Part shown: one piece after another, positions 40,355-49,636 of the stretch
Layout: every line of letters starts with the position of its first letter
How positions within the stretch are numbered: position 1 is the first letter of the stretch
NCBI GenBank assembly: GCA_033763315.1
Contig: JANRKS010000028.1
Coordinates: forward strand, 64,001 to 128,000
Length of the DNA stretch: 64,000 nucleotides
DNA from: Deltaproteobacteria bacterium
GTDB lineage: Bacteria > Myxococcota_A > Polyangia > Fen-1088
Reading direction: 5' to 3'
Position numbers and translations under genes: made by a program
The notes under the pieces: generated by a model
Told to the model about the DNA's origin: nothing
The model's input: the letters and a program-made list of their open reading frames with translations, nothing else
Databases searched by the model: none

Positions 40355-41521
40355 ATGGCGAATGTGGAGGGTGCGCTGGTGGGCGCGACGAGGCGTAAAG
40401 GGTTCGCCCGTGTTTCAGCTGGATTGCTCTTGTTGGCTGCTTCGGCGGGCGTCACGATCCCCGCTTTGAAGGCGCTGACGGGCTCGGGGCTGGCGGGCGG
40501 CCTGTTCGTTGCTTCACACGTCGCAGGAACACTCGTTGCAGCCAGTCTATTGGGGCGCCTTTCGAGTGCGAACCTGTTGCGACTTCAACGGCGCGTGGCC
40601 TTGTTGTTGGGCGTGAGTGCGGCGCTCAATCTTGGCATGTTCTTCGCTCGATATGAGCTCATGCTGCTCCTGCGTTTCGTCGAAGGCATGTCACACATCG
40701 TCCTGGTGACTTTCACCATGTCACAGCGGTTCTCCGCATCACCGAAACTGCACCAACGCGCATCCACGTGGCTTGGCGTGATTCTGGTTATAGGGGTCGG
40801 GATGGGGATGGGTATCGGGGGTGGTCTCGCTCATCAAGGCGTACGCTTGGGTTTCGTGGGCGCTGCACTGTTGTGTGTGGTTGCTGGATTTGTTCTCACC
40901 AAACCGATTTCGCAAGGCAGTGAGCTCGTGCGGACCCATCTCAAGCAGGGCGTGGCTTCAGCTTCAGCCTTGCCAGGCGTAATGGTGGCCGCTGAACGTT
41001 TCTCGCTAGGGCTACTCTCAGTGGTCTTGCCCTTTGCATTGGGCAGCGCAGCTCTCAGTGGCGCGACGTTGGGGATCATCATGCTGAGCTCCGTCATCAC
41101 TGCGCCGTTGGCTTACTTGTTGGCGTCGCGCACGTCGCCGCGAAACGCCTGCCAGATCGGTGCCGCCGCCTTGGCTTTGGCCTTGGTTGGCTTGGGGGCT
41201 GTATTGACGGCCTCAGACGCCGCAATGTTTGCCGTGGCCGTTTTCACGGGGGGGGCTGCGGGTTTGGTCTTCACAGGTGCCATTTTGCAGGCCACTGCAC
41301 AGCCCGACGAAGAGCGTCGCGCCCGTTGTATGGGCCTCTTGCACGCGTTGGGTGGGTTGGGGTTCTTCGTGGGCTCGCTTGTGGGCGGCGGTGTTGCCTG
41401 GTTGGGAACCCACGGCATTCGTCCCGGAGCCGGAGTCGCCTTCTGTTTTGTTCCGCTGCTGCTCGCGATGGCGTTCGCTCGCTTTCATACTCGTGCTGTT
41501 TCGCCGGGCCTACCTCACTGA
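40355..41521 (+). CDS. MFS-type transporter
   Basis: About 12 hydrophobic segments; LLLRFVEG and ERRARCMG motifs. Confidence 0.7.
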   Translation: MANVEGALVGATRRKGFARVSAGLLLLAASAGVTIPALKALTGSGLAGGLFVASHVAGTLVAASLLGRLSSANLLRLQRRVALLLGVSAALNLGMFFARYELMLLLRFVEGMSHIVLVTFTMSQRFSASPKLHQRASTWLGVILVIGVGMGMGIGGGLAHQGVRLGFVGAALLCVVAGFVLTKPISQGSELVRTHLKQGVASASALPGVMVAAERFSLGLLSVVLPFALGSAALSGATLGIIMLSSVITAPLAYLLASRTSPRNACQIGAAALALALVGLGAVLTASDAAMFAVAVFTGGAAGLVFTGAILQATAQPDEERRARCMGLLHALGGLGFFVGSLVGGGVAWLGTHGIRPGAGVAFCFVPLLLAMAFARFHTRAVSPGLPH

Positions 41522-41640
41522 TTGGCCGCCTCGCCCTTTTGGATCGGCGCTGGAGGCGGCCCAACGTGCAAGACAGGCACCCGAACACCTATTCAAGGTC
41601 TTTGCCACCGCACCCGTGCTCGTGTACCTTCGCAAGTCGG

Positions 41641-44600
41641 ATGCGCGCCACGCGTTTGTTGTTGGCATCGAGTTGCTTGCTTATCGCCTCGGCCGCGCAG
41701 GCGGAGCCGCCGCAAAATGGTCGGAGTTTCGAGATCGATGTAATCCGTCCACCTCACGGCGTGTCTGCGCTCGCGCTTGGACGCGCTGACGGTGCGCTTT
41801 ACTTCGGTGGCTTTCAGCAAGTCATCCGTTACGACGGACTGTCGTTTACGGTCGTTGCACAACCGCCCCTGACCACAGGTCGATGGATCACATTTCTCGA
41901 ACCACTGGCCAGCGAAGGCGTGCTGGCGATTGGCGGAGATTGGACCTCGTTGGGCGCGCCGGGCGCCGACGCCGGCCGTGTGGGCGTGGAGCCATGGCGG
42001 TTGCTAACTGGAACCGCGCGGTTCGAAGCGTGGCCGTTGCGAAAGGATCTCGTGATTCTAAGTACGGTCGCCGTTGCCAATGGCATTTTCGCCGGAACGA
42101 ACCACGGATTGATTCAGCTTGATGCCAAGGGAATCACGCCCGCCCGCTTCGCGATGGCGGATGAACCTGTCACGGCGCTCGCCGCTCGGGGCGACCAAGT
42201 GTTCGCCGCAACACCTCAGGGGATCTGGGCTTCAAGCGCCAAGGACTTCGTCTATGTCCGCGGCCTGCCAGGGGTGCGGCACATCGCCGTGGGAAGCCAG
42301 GGACGCCTTTGGGCGGCCACAACGAACGGTCTTTATCGCGTGACCAAAGATGCGGAACCGCTCGCGTGCGACATGAAGACTGTGACCCAACCGCTTGAAA
42401 TAAACGCGCTGCTAACAGATGCACAGGGTTACGTGTGGGTAGGCACGAATCAAGGCCTTTACACATTCGACGGCGACGGAATGCCAGAACGGCATTGGGG
42501 CCGCGCCGACGGACTTTCAGACGACGCGATACTAAGTCTTTTTGAAGATGACTCTGGCGCTGTGTGGGCGGGCACGCGCGTGGGTGGCGTTGCACGGATT
42601 CGCACCCCTGTTGTGAGCAACTTTGGAGCGCCCGAAGGGTTCTCTGACGCAGTCACCAGCACAATCGAAACCTGCGATGGCGCGGTGTGGACTTTAAGTG
42701 AAGGCGCGGTGGTGAGGGCGCTCGGCCAAAACAAGCAGATCTGGCGCATCGGCGCGCAACTGACCGGCGACAAACTGCAGTCCATTAGTGGCGTAGGAGG
42801 CTGTCTTGACCCAAGGCTCAAAAGGGAGTCTGTGCCCGTACTCGTGGCGCCAGCAAGGGGACCCCTGCAATTGATTTTGCCCGCGGGCAAAATCCGAGTG
42901 GTGCCACAGTCCACGCAACTCACGGGACAAATACAGGCGCTGGCCGCGAACCGAAACGGCAAGGGTGATCATATCTGGCTTGTGAGTGATGCAGGTGAAG
43001 CTTTGTCGGCGACCCTTGCCGTCGACGACGGGCGGTTGATGATCGATAGGCGAGTGGCTCCGAGCGATGGACTCTGCAAAGGCGCGATACGCGGGATCAG
43101 CGTTGATGCCCGCGAGGGGCTTTGGCTGGCGGGCGAAGGAGGGATTGGCCACGTTGCGCCCGACGGATCTTGTGAGTGCCTGGCGCCCGAAGGGTTGCCG
43201 ATTGCCAACTTGACGTCGGTTGCCTTTGACGGCGAGCGACTTTGGGCGGGAGCGCGCGAGGATGGCGGAATTTTCTTACGCGAAGCACCCGGCAAACCGT
43301 TCATGCAGACGACAAGCGTTCATGGTCTTTACTGCGACAGCATCCTTGCCCTTGTGCCCGATGACAAAGGCGGGATTTGGACCGCGTGCGGGCATGGCAT
43401 CCAATGGATCGACAGCGCGCAAATGATCGAACGCGCTCACGGAGGCTTTCCGATTGTGGCGGCCGTGGGTTTCATTGAGAGCGATGGTCTTCGCAGCGCG
43501 TTTACGGCGCCGGGTGGCTGGCCCACGGCATCGCTCGCCAATGACGGCGGATTCTTGGTCGCCACGCGGCTGGGCGTCAGCCGTTTGCAACCGGTTCACA
43601 AACGCAGCGACCACACCTTCCAGCGCGGGCCTTCGCTTGTGGCTGTACGATCCAATGGCGTGGCCGTGCCCCCGGCTGCCCTTCTCAAGCTGTCTACAGA
43701 TCACGCTTCCATAGAGGTAGACATCATGGCGGCCACGTTGAAATCACCCTCGCGCGTGGCCCTGGCCCATCGATTGCGCGGGCGAGACGCGGGTTGGGTT
43801 GCGTCGCCACCCGGTGAAAGAACGTTGACATTCTCGGACCTAACACAAGGGACGTACGAGCTTGAAGTCCGGGCCAGCGATGGTGATGGTGGCTGGCAAC
43901 CACGGGCCATCCACATGACGATTGAACTTTCGACGCCGTTGCGAAAACGCGCGTGGTTTTTGCTGTTGCTGGCGTCGGGGGCTGCTTTGCTCTTGCTCGG
44001 CATGCAAGGCATTCGCATGCGACGCCAGCGGGCAAGGTTCTCAGCGCTCACCGCGGAGCGGGCACGTGTGGCGCGTGAGCTACACGATGTTTTGGGCCAA
44101 ACATTCACGGGCGTGGCGCTGCAGATGGACGCAGCCGCACAGGTGATTGACACCTCCCCGTCTCGCGCCAAGCAATACCTTGACCGCGCACGCTCCATGG
44201 CCCGACACGCCAAACACGATCTGCGGCACGCTATCTGGGATCTGCGTAGTTCTGAACTGAACCGGCGCGGTCTTTCGGACACACTTAAAGTGCTTATCGA
44301 AGAGATGCAGCAGGGCGCCCCTGAAGGTCTGAAGCTGCACTATTCGGCGGCGGGCCCCGACGTGGTGCGCTCAGCGCTTCGCGAACACGAACTGCAGCAG
44401 ATTACGCGCGAGGCAATTTGGAATGCGTTTCGCCACGCCACAGGCGCCACTCGCATCGACATCGAATTGACAACGGATCGGGACACGATCGAACTCATTA
44501 TTCGCGACGACGGGCCCGGATTTGATGTCAACACCAGTCGCTCGACCGACGAAGGCCACTTTGGCATTATCGGGCTTCTTGAGCGCGCCAAACGGATCGA

Positions 44601-44697
44601 CGCTGAAGTAACTTGGTCTAAAGCCCTTCCACATGGGACTATCGTCAGCGTACGAATGTCAACCAACCCGCATTTAGCGCGCGAGACTGAGGCATGA
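41641..44697 (+). CDS. Sensor histidine kinase with periplasmic beta-propeller (Reg_prop) + Y_Y_Y + HisKA_3/HATPase
   Basis: Signal peptide; DAQGYVWVGT.QGL and DGLSDDAILSLFEDDSGAVW repeats; TFSDLTQGTYELEVRA; TM; ERARVARELHD; DDGPGF, HFGIIG..ERA. Confidence 0.9.
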   Translation: MRATRLLLASSCLLIASAAQAEPPQNGRSFEIDVIRPPHGVSALALGRADGALYFGGFQQVIRYDGLSFTVVAQPPLTTGRWITFLEPLASEGVLAIGGDWTSLGAPGADAGRVGVEPWRLLTGTARFEAWPLRKDLVILSTVAVANGIFAGTNHGLIQLDAKGITPARFAMADEPVTALAARGDQVFAATPQGIWASSAKDFVYVRGLPGVRHIAVGSQGRLWAATTNGLYRVTKDAEPLACDMKTVTQPLEINALLTDAQGYVWVGTNQGLYTFDGDGMPERHWGRADGLSDDAILSLFEDDSGAVWAGTRVGGVARIRTPVVSNFGAPEGFSDAVTSTIETCDGAVWTLSEGAVVRALGQNKQIWRIGAQLTGDKLQSISGVGGCLDPRLKRESVPVLVAPARGPLQLILPAGKIRVVPQSTQLTGQIQALAANRNGKGDHIWLVSDAGEALSATLAVDDGRLMIDRRVAPSDGLCKGAIRGISVDAREGLWLAGEGGIGHVAPDGSCECLAPEGLPIANLTSVAFDGERLWAGAREDGGIFLREAPGKPFMQTTSVHGLYCDSILALVPDDKGGIWTACGHGIQWIDSAQMIERAHGGFPIVAAVGFIESDGLRSAFTAPGGWPTASLANDGGFLVATRLGVSRLQPVHKRSDHTFQRGPSLVAVRSNGVAVPPAALLKLSTDHASIEVDIMAATLKSPSRVALAHRLRGRDAGWVASPPGERTLTFSDLTQGTYELEVRASDGDGGWQPRAIHMTIELSTPLRKRAWFLLLLASGAALLLLGMQGIRMRRQRARFSALTAERARVARELHDVLGQTFTGVALQMDAAAQVIDTSPSRAKQYLDRARSMARHAKHDLRHAIWDLRSSELNRRGLSDTLKVLIEEMQQGAPEGLKLHYSAAGPDVVRSALREHELQQITREAIWNAFRHATGATRIDIELTTDRDTIELIIRDDGPGFDVNTSRSTDEGHFGIIGLLERAKRIDAEVTWSKALPHGTIVSVRMSTNPHLARETEA

Positions 44698-45320
44698 CGG
44701 CGAACCAACCTATTCGTGTGTTGATAGCAGACGATAGCCAGCTGGCCCGTCTGGGCATCGCAGCCCTCATTGAAACCTCTGCGGATATGACCCTGGTTGC
44801 GCAGGCGTGCGACGGCGCTTCCGCGATAGAGCTTTATCGTCAGTGGTTGCCGGACGTGCTCCTTGTCGACTTGAAAATGCCTGGCATCGACGGCGTGCAA
44901 GTGGTGGCAACTCTTGCGAAGGAGACGCCTCCCGCCAAAACCATTGTTGTGAGCCAATTTGAGGGTGACGAAGGTGTCTTCCGCGCGTTGCGCGCGGGGG
45001 CTTTATCATATGTGACCAAAGACGCGCAAGGCAGCGATATCCTTGCAGCGATTCGATCGGCGGCCGCGGGCAAGCGCTTTTTGCCTGGCAACATTGGCGC
45101 CAAACTGGCGGACCGCGTAACGGGAGAGCTGCTTTCGCTGCGCGAGCTGCAAGTCCTTAAACTGCTCGCCGACGGCCTATCAAACCTGGCAATCGCCAAG
45201 TCGTTGAGTTTGTCTGAGCGCACAGTTGCGGTGCACGTCGCTCACATCTTGGAGAAAATGGGTGTCAAGAACCGGGCGCAGGCCGTCGCGTCTGCAATGA
45301 AGCGAGGCATCTTGCCATAA
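44694..45320 (+). CDS. NarL/LuxR family response regulator
   Basis: IADD, VDLKMP, YVTKD; HTH LSLRELQVL..LADGLSN..IA...SERTV; ATGA overlap with the kinase. Confidence 0.93.
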   Translation: MTANQPIRVLIADDSQLARLGIAALIETSADMTLVAQACDGASAIELYRQWLPDVLLVDLKMPGIDGVQVVATLAKETPPAKTIVVSQFEGDEGVFRALRAGALSYVTKDAQGSDILAAIRSAAAGKRFLPGNIGAKLADRVTGELLSLRELQVLKLLADGLSNLAIAKSLSLSERTVAVHVAHILEKMGVKNRAQAVASAMKRGILP

Positions 45321-45455
45321 GGAAAACATAGTCATTCGCTGCATCTCCTTGTGACAGCCCTGATCGCAGCTAATTGGTAGCGCGCGCGCCAGTCTGTCGT
45401 GAGCGGCGCCCCTTGCTGGGGTCGTTCCTGCGCCAACACGGGAGACGTAAACGAA

Positions 45456-46778
45456 ATGCGATATGATTTGCGCCTATGCGCGAAAGTGGCCTTGGCACTG
45501 ATTTGCTTCATCTGGGCGTGCGGACCCACGGTACAAGACATCTCAAGCGACGATTCATCCGATGATGAGCCAGCGGCAGGTGCCGGTGGAGAGGATGAGT
45601 CCGGCGGCGCAAGTGCAAACGGGGGTCGCGGATCTGGAGGCAAGGCGGGCGCCGGGGGTTCAGGAGGCGTCGGTGGGGAAGCCACGGCGGGGGGCGGCGG
45701 CAAGGGAGCCGTGGCGGGCGAGACGGGAACGGGAGGGAGCGCAGGCAACGGCGGCGTGGGTGGCACAGGCGGGGCCGCTGGCCAACCGGCGGGCGGCCAA
45801 GCAAGCGGCGGCGTGGGTGGCACAGCCGGGGCCGCTGGCCAGGCGGCGGGCGGCCAAGCCGCCGGTGGCGTGGGTGGCACAGGCGGCTCCAACACAGCGG
45901 GAAACATGGGCAATGCCGGCGCGGGCGGCGCGGCGGCCCCCCTCACCATTCCGGTGGTTCTCAAAGGCCGCGAGCGCATCTTGTGGGTGGGCAACAGCTT
46001 TTCCGAATTCTTCGGACCCGTTTCGTCGGCGGTGAATGCCTTGCTCAAAGCGGCCACGCCCAGCATCGCCGATGTGACCTTCGTCGAAAAGGGCAAGGGC
46101 ATGGGAATCCTGCAAGAGTATTACGAGTGGACGTCGCTGGGTGTTCTCGATGCCATCGAGAAGGGCGACTTCGACTATGTTGTGATCCAAAGCTGGGAAG
46201 ACGCCATCAGTCGAAGTGGCCCCGAAGTCTGGGAAAATGGCGAGAAAAATCCAAACTACGCCGCTGCGTACGAAACGGTACAAGCAAACTTTGTGAAGTA
46301 CGTCGGCTTGTTTAAGAAGGCTATCGAATCTGCGGGCGCCAAGATGATTCTTTATCAACCCCATGTGTCTAACTGGGATTGGGAAGCTCAATATCCGAAG
46401 AGCCAAATGAGCCACGCGAAGGCACGAGACGCTTACCCCGATCTCATTGTGTTCTCGACTTTATCGGCGTGGGATCAGGTGCGAAAAGACTATCCCACAA
46501 GCATGTATCGGTGCGCGGGCGATGCGGATCGCACGGTTGCAAATCCTGACTTCATTTCGCTTCTCTACAGCGACTGCGGCCATCAAAACGGAATGGGAAT
46601 GGCGCTCGACGCCTTCACGCTTTACAGCTTGTTCACCGGCGGCCGCTCAGCCGAGGGCCTCGTGCCGGTGTGGCCGGGTGACATCGGCAAGGCGCGCTGG
46701 GATGTGGACCGTTTGCCTTACCTCGCCAAAGTGGGCCACATGGCGGCGCAAAAGGCGATGGGTACCGCCAGCCCCTAA
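45456..46778 (+). CDS. Lipoprotein with long Gly-rich linker and SGNH/GDSL-like (DUF4886-like) hydrolase domain
   Basis: Lipobox IWAC; ILWVGNSFS, FDYVVIQ, LYSDCGHQN (DxxH). Confidence 0.75.
   Translation: MRYDLRLCAKVALALICFIWACGPTVQDISSDDSSDDEPAAGAGGEDESGGASANGGRGSGGKAGAGGSGGVGGEATAGGGGKGAVAGETGTGGSAGNGGVGGTGGAAGQPAGGQASGGVGGTAGAAGQAAGGQAAGGVGGTGGSNTAGNMGNAGAGGAAAPLTIPVVLKGRERILWVGNSFSEFFGPVSSAVNALLKAATPSIADVTFVEKGKGMGILQEYYEWTSLGVLDAIEKGDFDYVVIQSWEDAISRSGPEVWENGEKNPNYAAAYETVQANFVKYVGLFKKAIESAGAKMILYQPHVSNWDWEAQYPKSQMSHAKARDAYPDLIVFSTLSAWDQVRKDYPTSMYRCAGDADRTVANPDFISLLYSDCGHQNGMGMALDAFTLYSLFTGGRSAEGLVPVWPGDIGKARWDVDRLPYLAKVGHMAAQKAMGTASP
45750..45887 (+). repeat. Intragenic 57-bp tandem repeat (about 2.4 copies) encoding GGVGGT(G/A)GAAGQxAGGQA(S/A)
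   Basis: Units start at 45750, 45807 and 45864 (GG(C/T)GGCGTGGGTGGCACAG...). Confidence 0.8.
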
Positions 46779-46829
46779 GCCGTCACACGAACCCGCCCGA
46801 CGTTGTCGCGCGACTACGGGCGCGCACCG

Positions 46830-46858
46830 AGGGGCGAGGAAGTCTTGTCCTCGCCCCT
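46830..46858. terminator. Stem-loop between convergent genes
   Basis: Perfect 11-bp stem AGGGGCGAGGA-agtcttg-TCCTCGCCCCT. Confidence 0.5.
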
Positions 46859-46862
46859 GCGT

Positions 46863-48056
46863 TCATTTACAGACCTTACCGGTTTGCAGACGGCCAAATG
46901 CCAACGCCGTGATGATGGTTCCGGTGGACGCGACCACGCGTTTCCACACACGCCCATCCACGCTGCGGAAGAACCGATCGCCATTTTCATCCACGCCCAC
47001 AAAGGTACCTTTATCGCTCACCGCGACCGAACTAACCCAGGTGTTTTGCTCAAGGCTGTGTTTCTGAGTGACCCACGTGGCCCCATCAGGGCTCCGGTAG
47101 GACTCTCTTAAACCCGTGGCGTAAAAATCGTGCCCTGTCCAAATCATCGTTCCGGGAATGTTGGGAGCGGTCACGGGGATCCAAGTGGTCCCCCCATCAT
47201 CCGAACGGCATCCCCCGCCTCGACCCACACCAAGAATGAAATCATTTCCTGCGGCAACGGCGGTGTCGAAGCGCCCCAGACATCCTTGGGGAAGCGATAA
47301 ATTCTTCCACGTGGCCCCACGGTCGCTGCTGACAACCACACGCCCGTTGTCCCCAAACGCGATGAACTTGCCCTTCGCATAAACGAGCCGACGCAAGACA
47401 GGCGCGTCCCCACCCCACTGCACCGTTTTCCAGTTCATGCCAAGATCGTTTGATATGTGGGCCTTGCTGCGATCGGCAACCGCAAGAAACGCCCCATCGC
47501 CGAACGTGATGGAAGTCGCTGTGGATCCCGTCTGCGACACGCCAAAGGTTTGTTGCCAAGCAACACCATCTTCGCTGCGGAACAAACTCGCGGTGGGCAC
47601 GCCCCAACCGTAAAGCGCCACGAACACGCCATGACCGTAAGCCAGCCCCATGCCTGACCAGGTGGCATGATCAGCGTCGCTATCGTTTACTTTGACTTCA
47701 TGCGACCACGTGGCGCCGTCGTCGCACGATGATAGCCTCCGCCCTCCGTGCCCAACCGCCACAAACACGCCATCGCCTTGCAAAGCAACCGGTTGCGCGT
47801 CTTGGTTCGAAGACGTCGGATTGCTGCCATCGGGCTTGATTTCAGGCGTGGCAGCGTCGCGCGATCCACTTTCGCGGGCATCCGCGGACATGCCACCTAA
47901 GGGCGAATCCAAAGGAGGGTCCACAACCGCCTCGCCGCCTTGCCCCAGGTCGCCTCCTTGTCCGTCATCCGGGCCTTGCACCTCGCCCTTGGGTTGAACG
48001 CCACACGCAACGGTGCAATAGCAAGCGAACGTTAGCAGCAACGACTGGAACTTCAT
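46863..48056 (-). CDS. BNR/Asp-box beta-propeller lipoprotein
   Basis: Lipobox TVAC; repeated S.D.G..W motifs (SCDDGATW, SEDGVAW, SNDLGMNW, SSDRGATW, SDDGGTTW, SPDGATW, SVDGRVW). Confidence 0.85.
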   Translation of the reverse strand: MKFQSLLLTFACYCTVACGVQPKGEVQGPDDGQGGDLGQGGEAVVDPPLDSPLGGMSADARESGSRDAATPEIKPDGSNPTSSNQDAQPVALQGDGVFVAVGHGGRRLSSCDDGATWSHEVKVNDSDADHATWSGMGLAYGHGVFVALYGWGVPTASLFRSEDGVAWQQTFGVSQTGSTATSITFGDGAFLAVADRSKAHISNDLGMNWKTVQWGGDAPVLRRLVYAKGKFIAFGDNGRVVVSSDRGATWKNLSLPQGCLGRFDTAVAAGNDFILGVGRGGGCRSDDGGTTWIPVTAPNIPGTMIWTGHDFYATGLRESYRSPDGATWVTQKHSLEQNTWVSSVAVSDKGTFVGVDENGDRFFRSVDGRVWKRVVASTGTIITALAFGRLQTGKVCK

Positions 48057-48118
48057 GCGTTGGACCTCGCCTTAAAGACTTGGATGACCGTCGCGCAACG
48101 GCCCTATGTGCAAGCAAG

Positions 48119-49636
48119 TTAAGTGATTATAGGCAGCGGCTCCGAAGCCGCCGCGAGCTCTCCGGCGACATAGCGGCTGGCGCCCATGAACTTCGAATCA
48201 AACGGCATGTTCGGGTAGCCGGGGCCATCTGGCCTTTGCCACTCTTGGCGGGAAACCCCCATCGCTCCAAGCGCCGTGGCCAAAAAGCGGGAGTGCGGAA
48301 CGCCCAGCCAATTCGGGAAGGCCTTTCGCGCCTCACCTCCGCTGCTCGCGCACATCGGAATCTTGTTGCGGTAATCAACATACATTCCGGTCTTGATGGC
48401 GCCGCCTGCGCCGCCCATGGTGACCACCTCGAAGTCAACAGAGTGGTGGCTGGGCGTCGCGCACTCTTGGCCCCACAGGACCAAAGAGTCGTCGAGCAAC
48501 GTGTTGACGCCGTCGGCAGACGCTGAATCAAGTTTTCGTGCAAGGTCGAGAACAACGAGTTCAAACATCTTCTGGTTGGCGGCCCAAAGCACGTTTTGTT
48601 GCGCTTCTGAATCACCCGCTTCATGTGCAACTGTGTGCCAGTCTCCCGCGTGCACCTTATCAAACGTTTCGGACGCACAATTGATCGAGAACACCCGCGT
48701 TACATCACACGCAAAAGCCGCCGCAATGATGTCGTTCATCGCTTGAAAGTAGGGCAGATCCCCCCAGCCTGGGTTGTCATCAACCTTGGGGTCGGTGCAC
48801 GTTACAGGCTTATACATTTCAGCGCGCTTTTGAACGTCGTACAGCCGTTCCATATGCTGGTCGAGGCGAGCGCGATCCGCCGCCGAAAGCCGCGTTGCGC
48901 TTTGTCGCAACCGTTTGTAATCAGCGAGCGCGGCATCAACAATCAATTTGCGATCGGGACCGTTATTGCTTGCGGACGTGGGCGTTTGATTTGTGAACAA
49001 CATCTTCGGCAAAGTCGACAGCGCGTAATCCACCCAGGGCGCGCCTTCGATTCCCGCTGAGGGGTTCTTCGGATCCTTGTATCGAAAGGAGCACTGGCTT
49101 CCTGCGGTTCCCGTGTAAATCGACCGCGCACGCATCGACACCCCGCTTGGGTAGACCCCCGGGCTTGCGGCCATGATCTGATCGATGGTCGGAACGGTGA
49201 GTTCTGCAGGCAGCGGCCCCGAAGCGCTGTTGTAAGTACCAAGCACCCCGCCCGTGTTATGCGCGAGATAAAAGCTTACATCCAGGCCGCGCAGCAGGTT
49301 CATCTTGCCGAGCAAGCGCTCGGAGAACAGACTGTCAGGCGCGCTCAAAACCTTTGACACCACAGCGCGGCCACCAGACACCTCGCGCTTAAGACGGCCC
49401 CACGAAACTTCGTGCCCCGGAAGCAGCGTTTCACGTTCGGTCAAGGTGCTTGCGCTGGGCAAGAGGTTCTCTTCCCAAATGCCCCCATGCCCCGTGCGAA
49501 AGGCAACGAACCGGCGCGGTCGCTTCGTTTGGGCCAACACGCTCCGTGGCAAAAGCGATGAAAGAAATGGTATCGCTACTGAAAAACCACTCGCGCTCAA
49601 GAACATGCGACGCGAGGACATGTGAACACCGCTCAT
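48119..49636 (-). CDS. Tat-exported DUF1552 protein, copy 4
   Basis: SRRMFL; PTIDQIMA, RLDQHMERL, AFACDVTRV, WHTVAHE, PSHH; ATGA overlap with the upstream gene. Confidence 0.88.
   Translation of the reverse strand: MSGVHMSSRRMFLSASGFSVAIPFLSSLLPRSVLAQTKRPRRFVAFRTGHGGIWEENLLPSASTLTERETLLPGHEVSWGRLKREVSGGRAVVSKVLSAPDSLFSERLLGKMNLLRGLDVSFYLAHNTGGVLGTYNSASGPLPAELTVPTIDQIMAASPGVYPSGVSMRARSIYTGTAGSQCSFRYKDPKNPSAGIEGAPWVDYALSTLPKMLFTNQTPTSASNNGPDRKLIVDAALADYKRLRQSATRLSAADRARLDQHMERLYDVQKRAEMYKPVTCTDPKVDDNPGWGDLPYFQAMNDIIAAAFACDVTRVFSINCASETFDKVHAGDWHTVAHEAGDSEAQQNVLWAANQKMFELVVLDLARKLDSASADGVNTLLDDSLVLWGQECATPSHHSVDFEVVTMGGAGGAIKTGMYVDYRNKIPMCASSGGEARKAFPNWLGVPHSRFLATALGAMGVSRQEWQRPDGPGYPNMPFDSKFMGASRYVAGELAAASEPLPIIT

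Noticed and set aside
45369-45381. GCTAATTGGTAGC upstream of the SGNH lipoprotein resembles the operator
   Set aside because: It needs a 1-nt deletion and lacks the central CG, so it is too weak to count.
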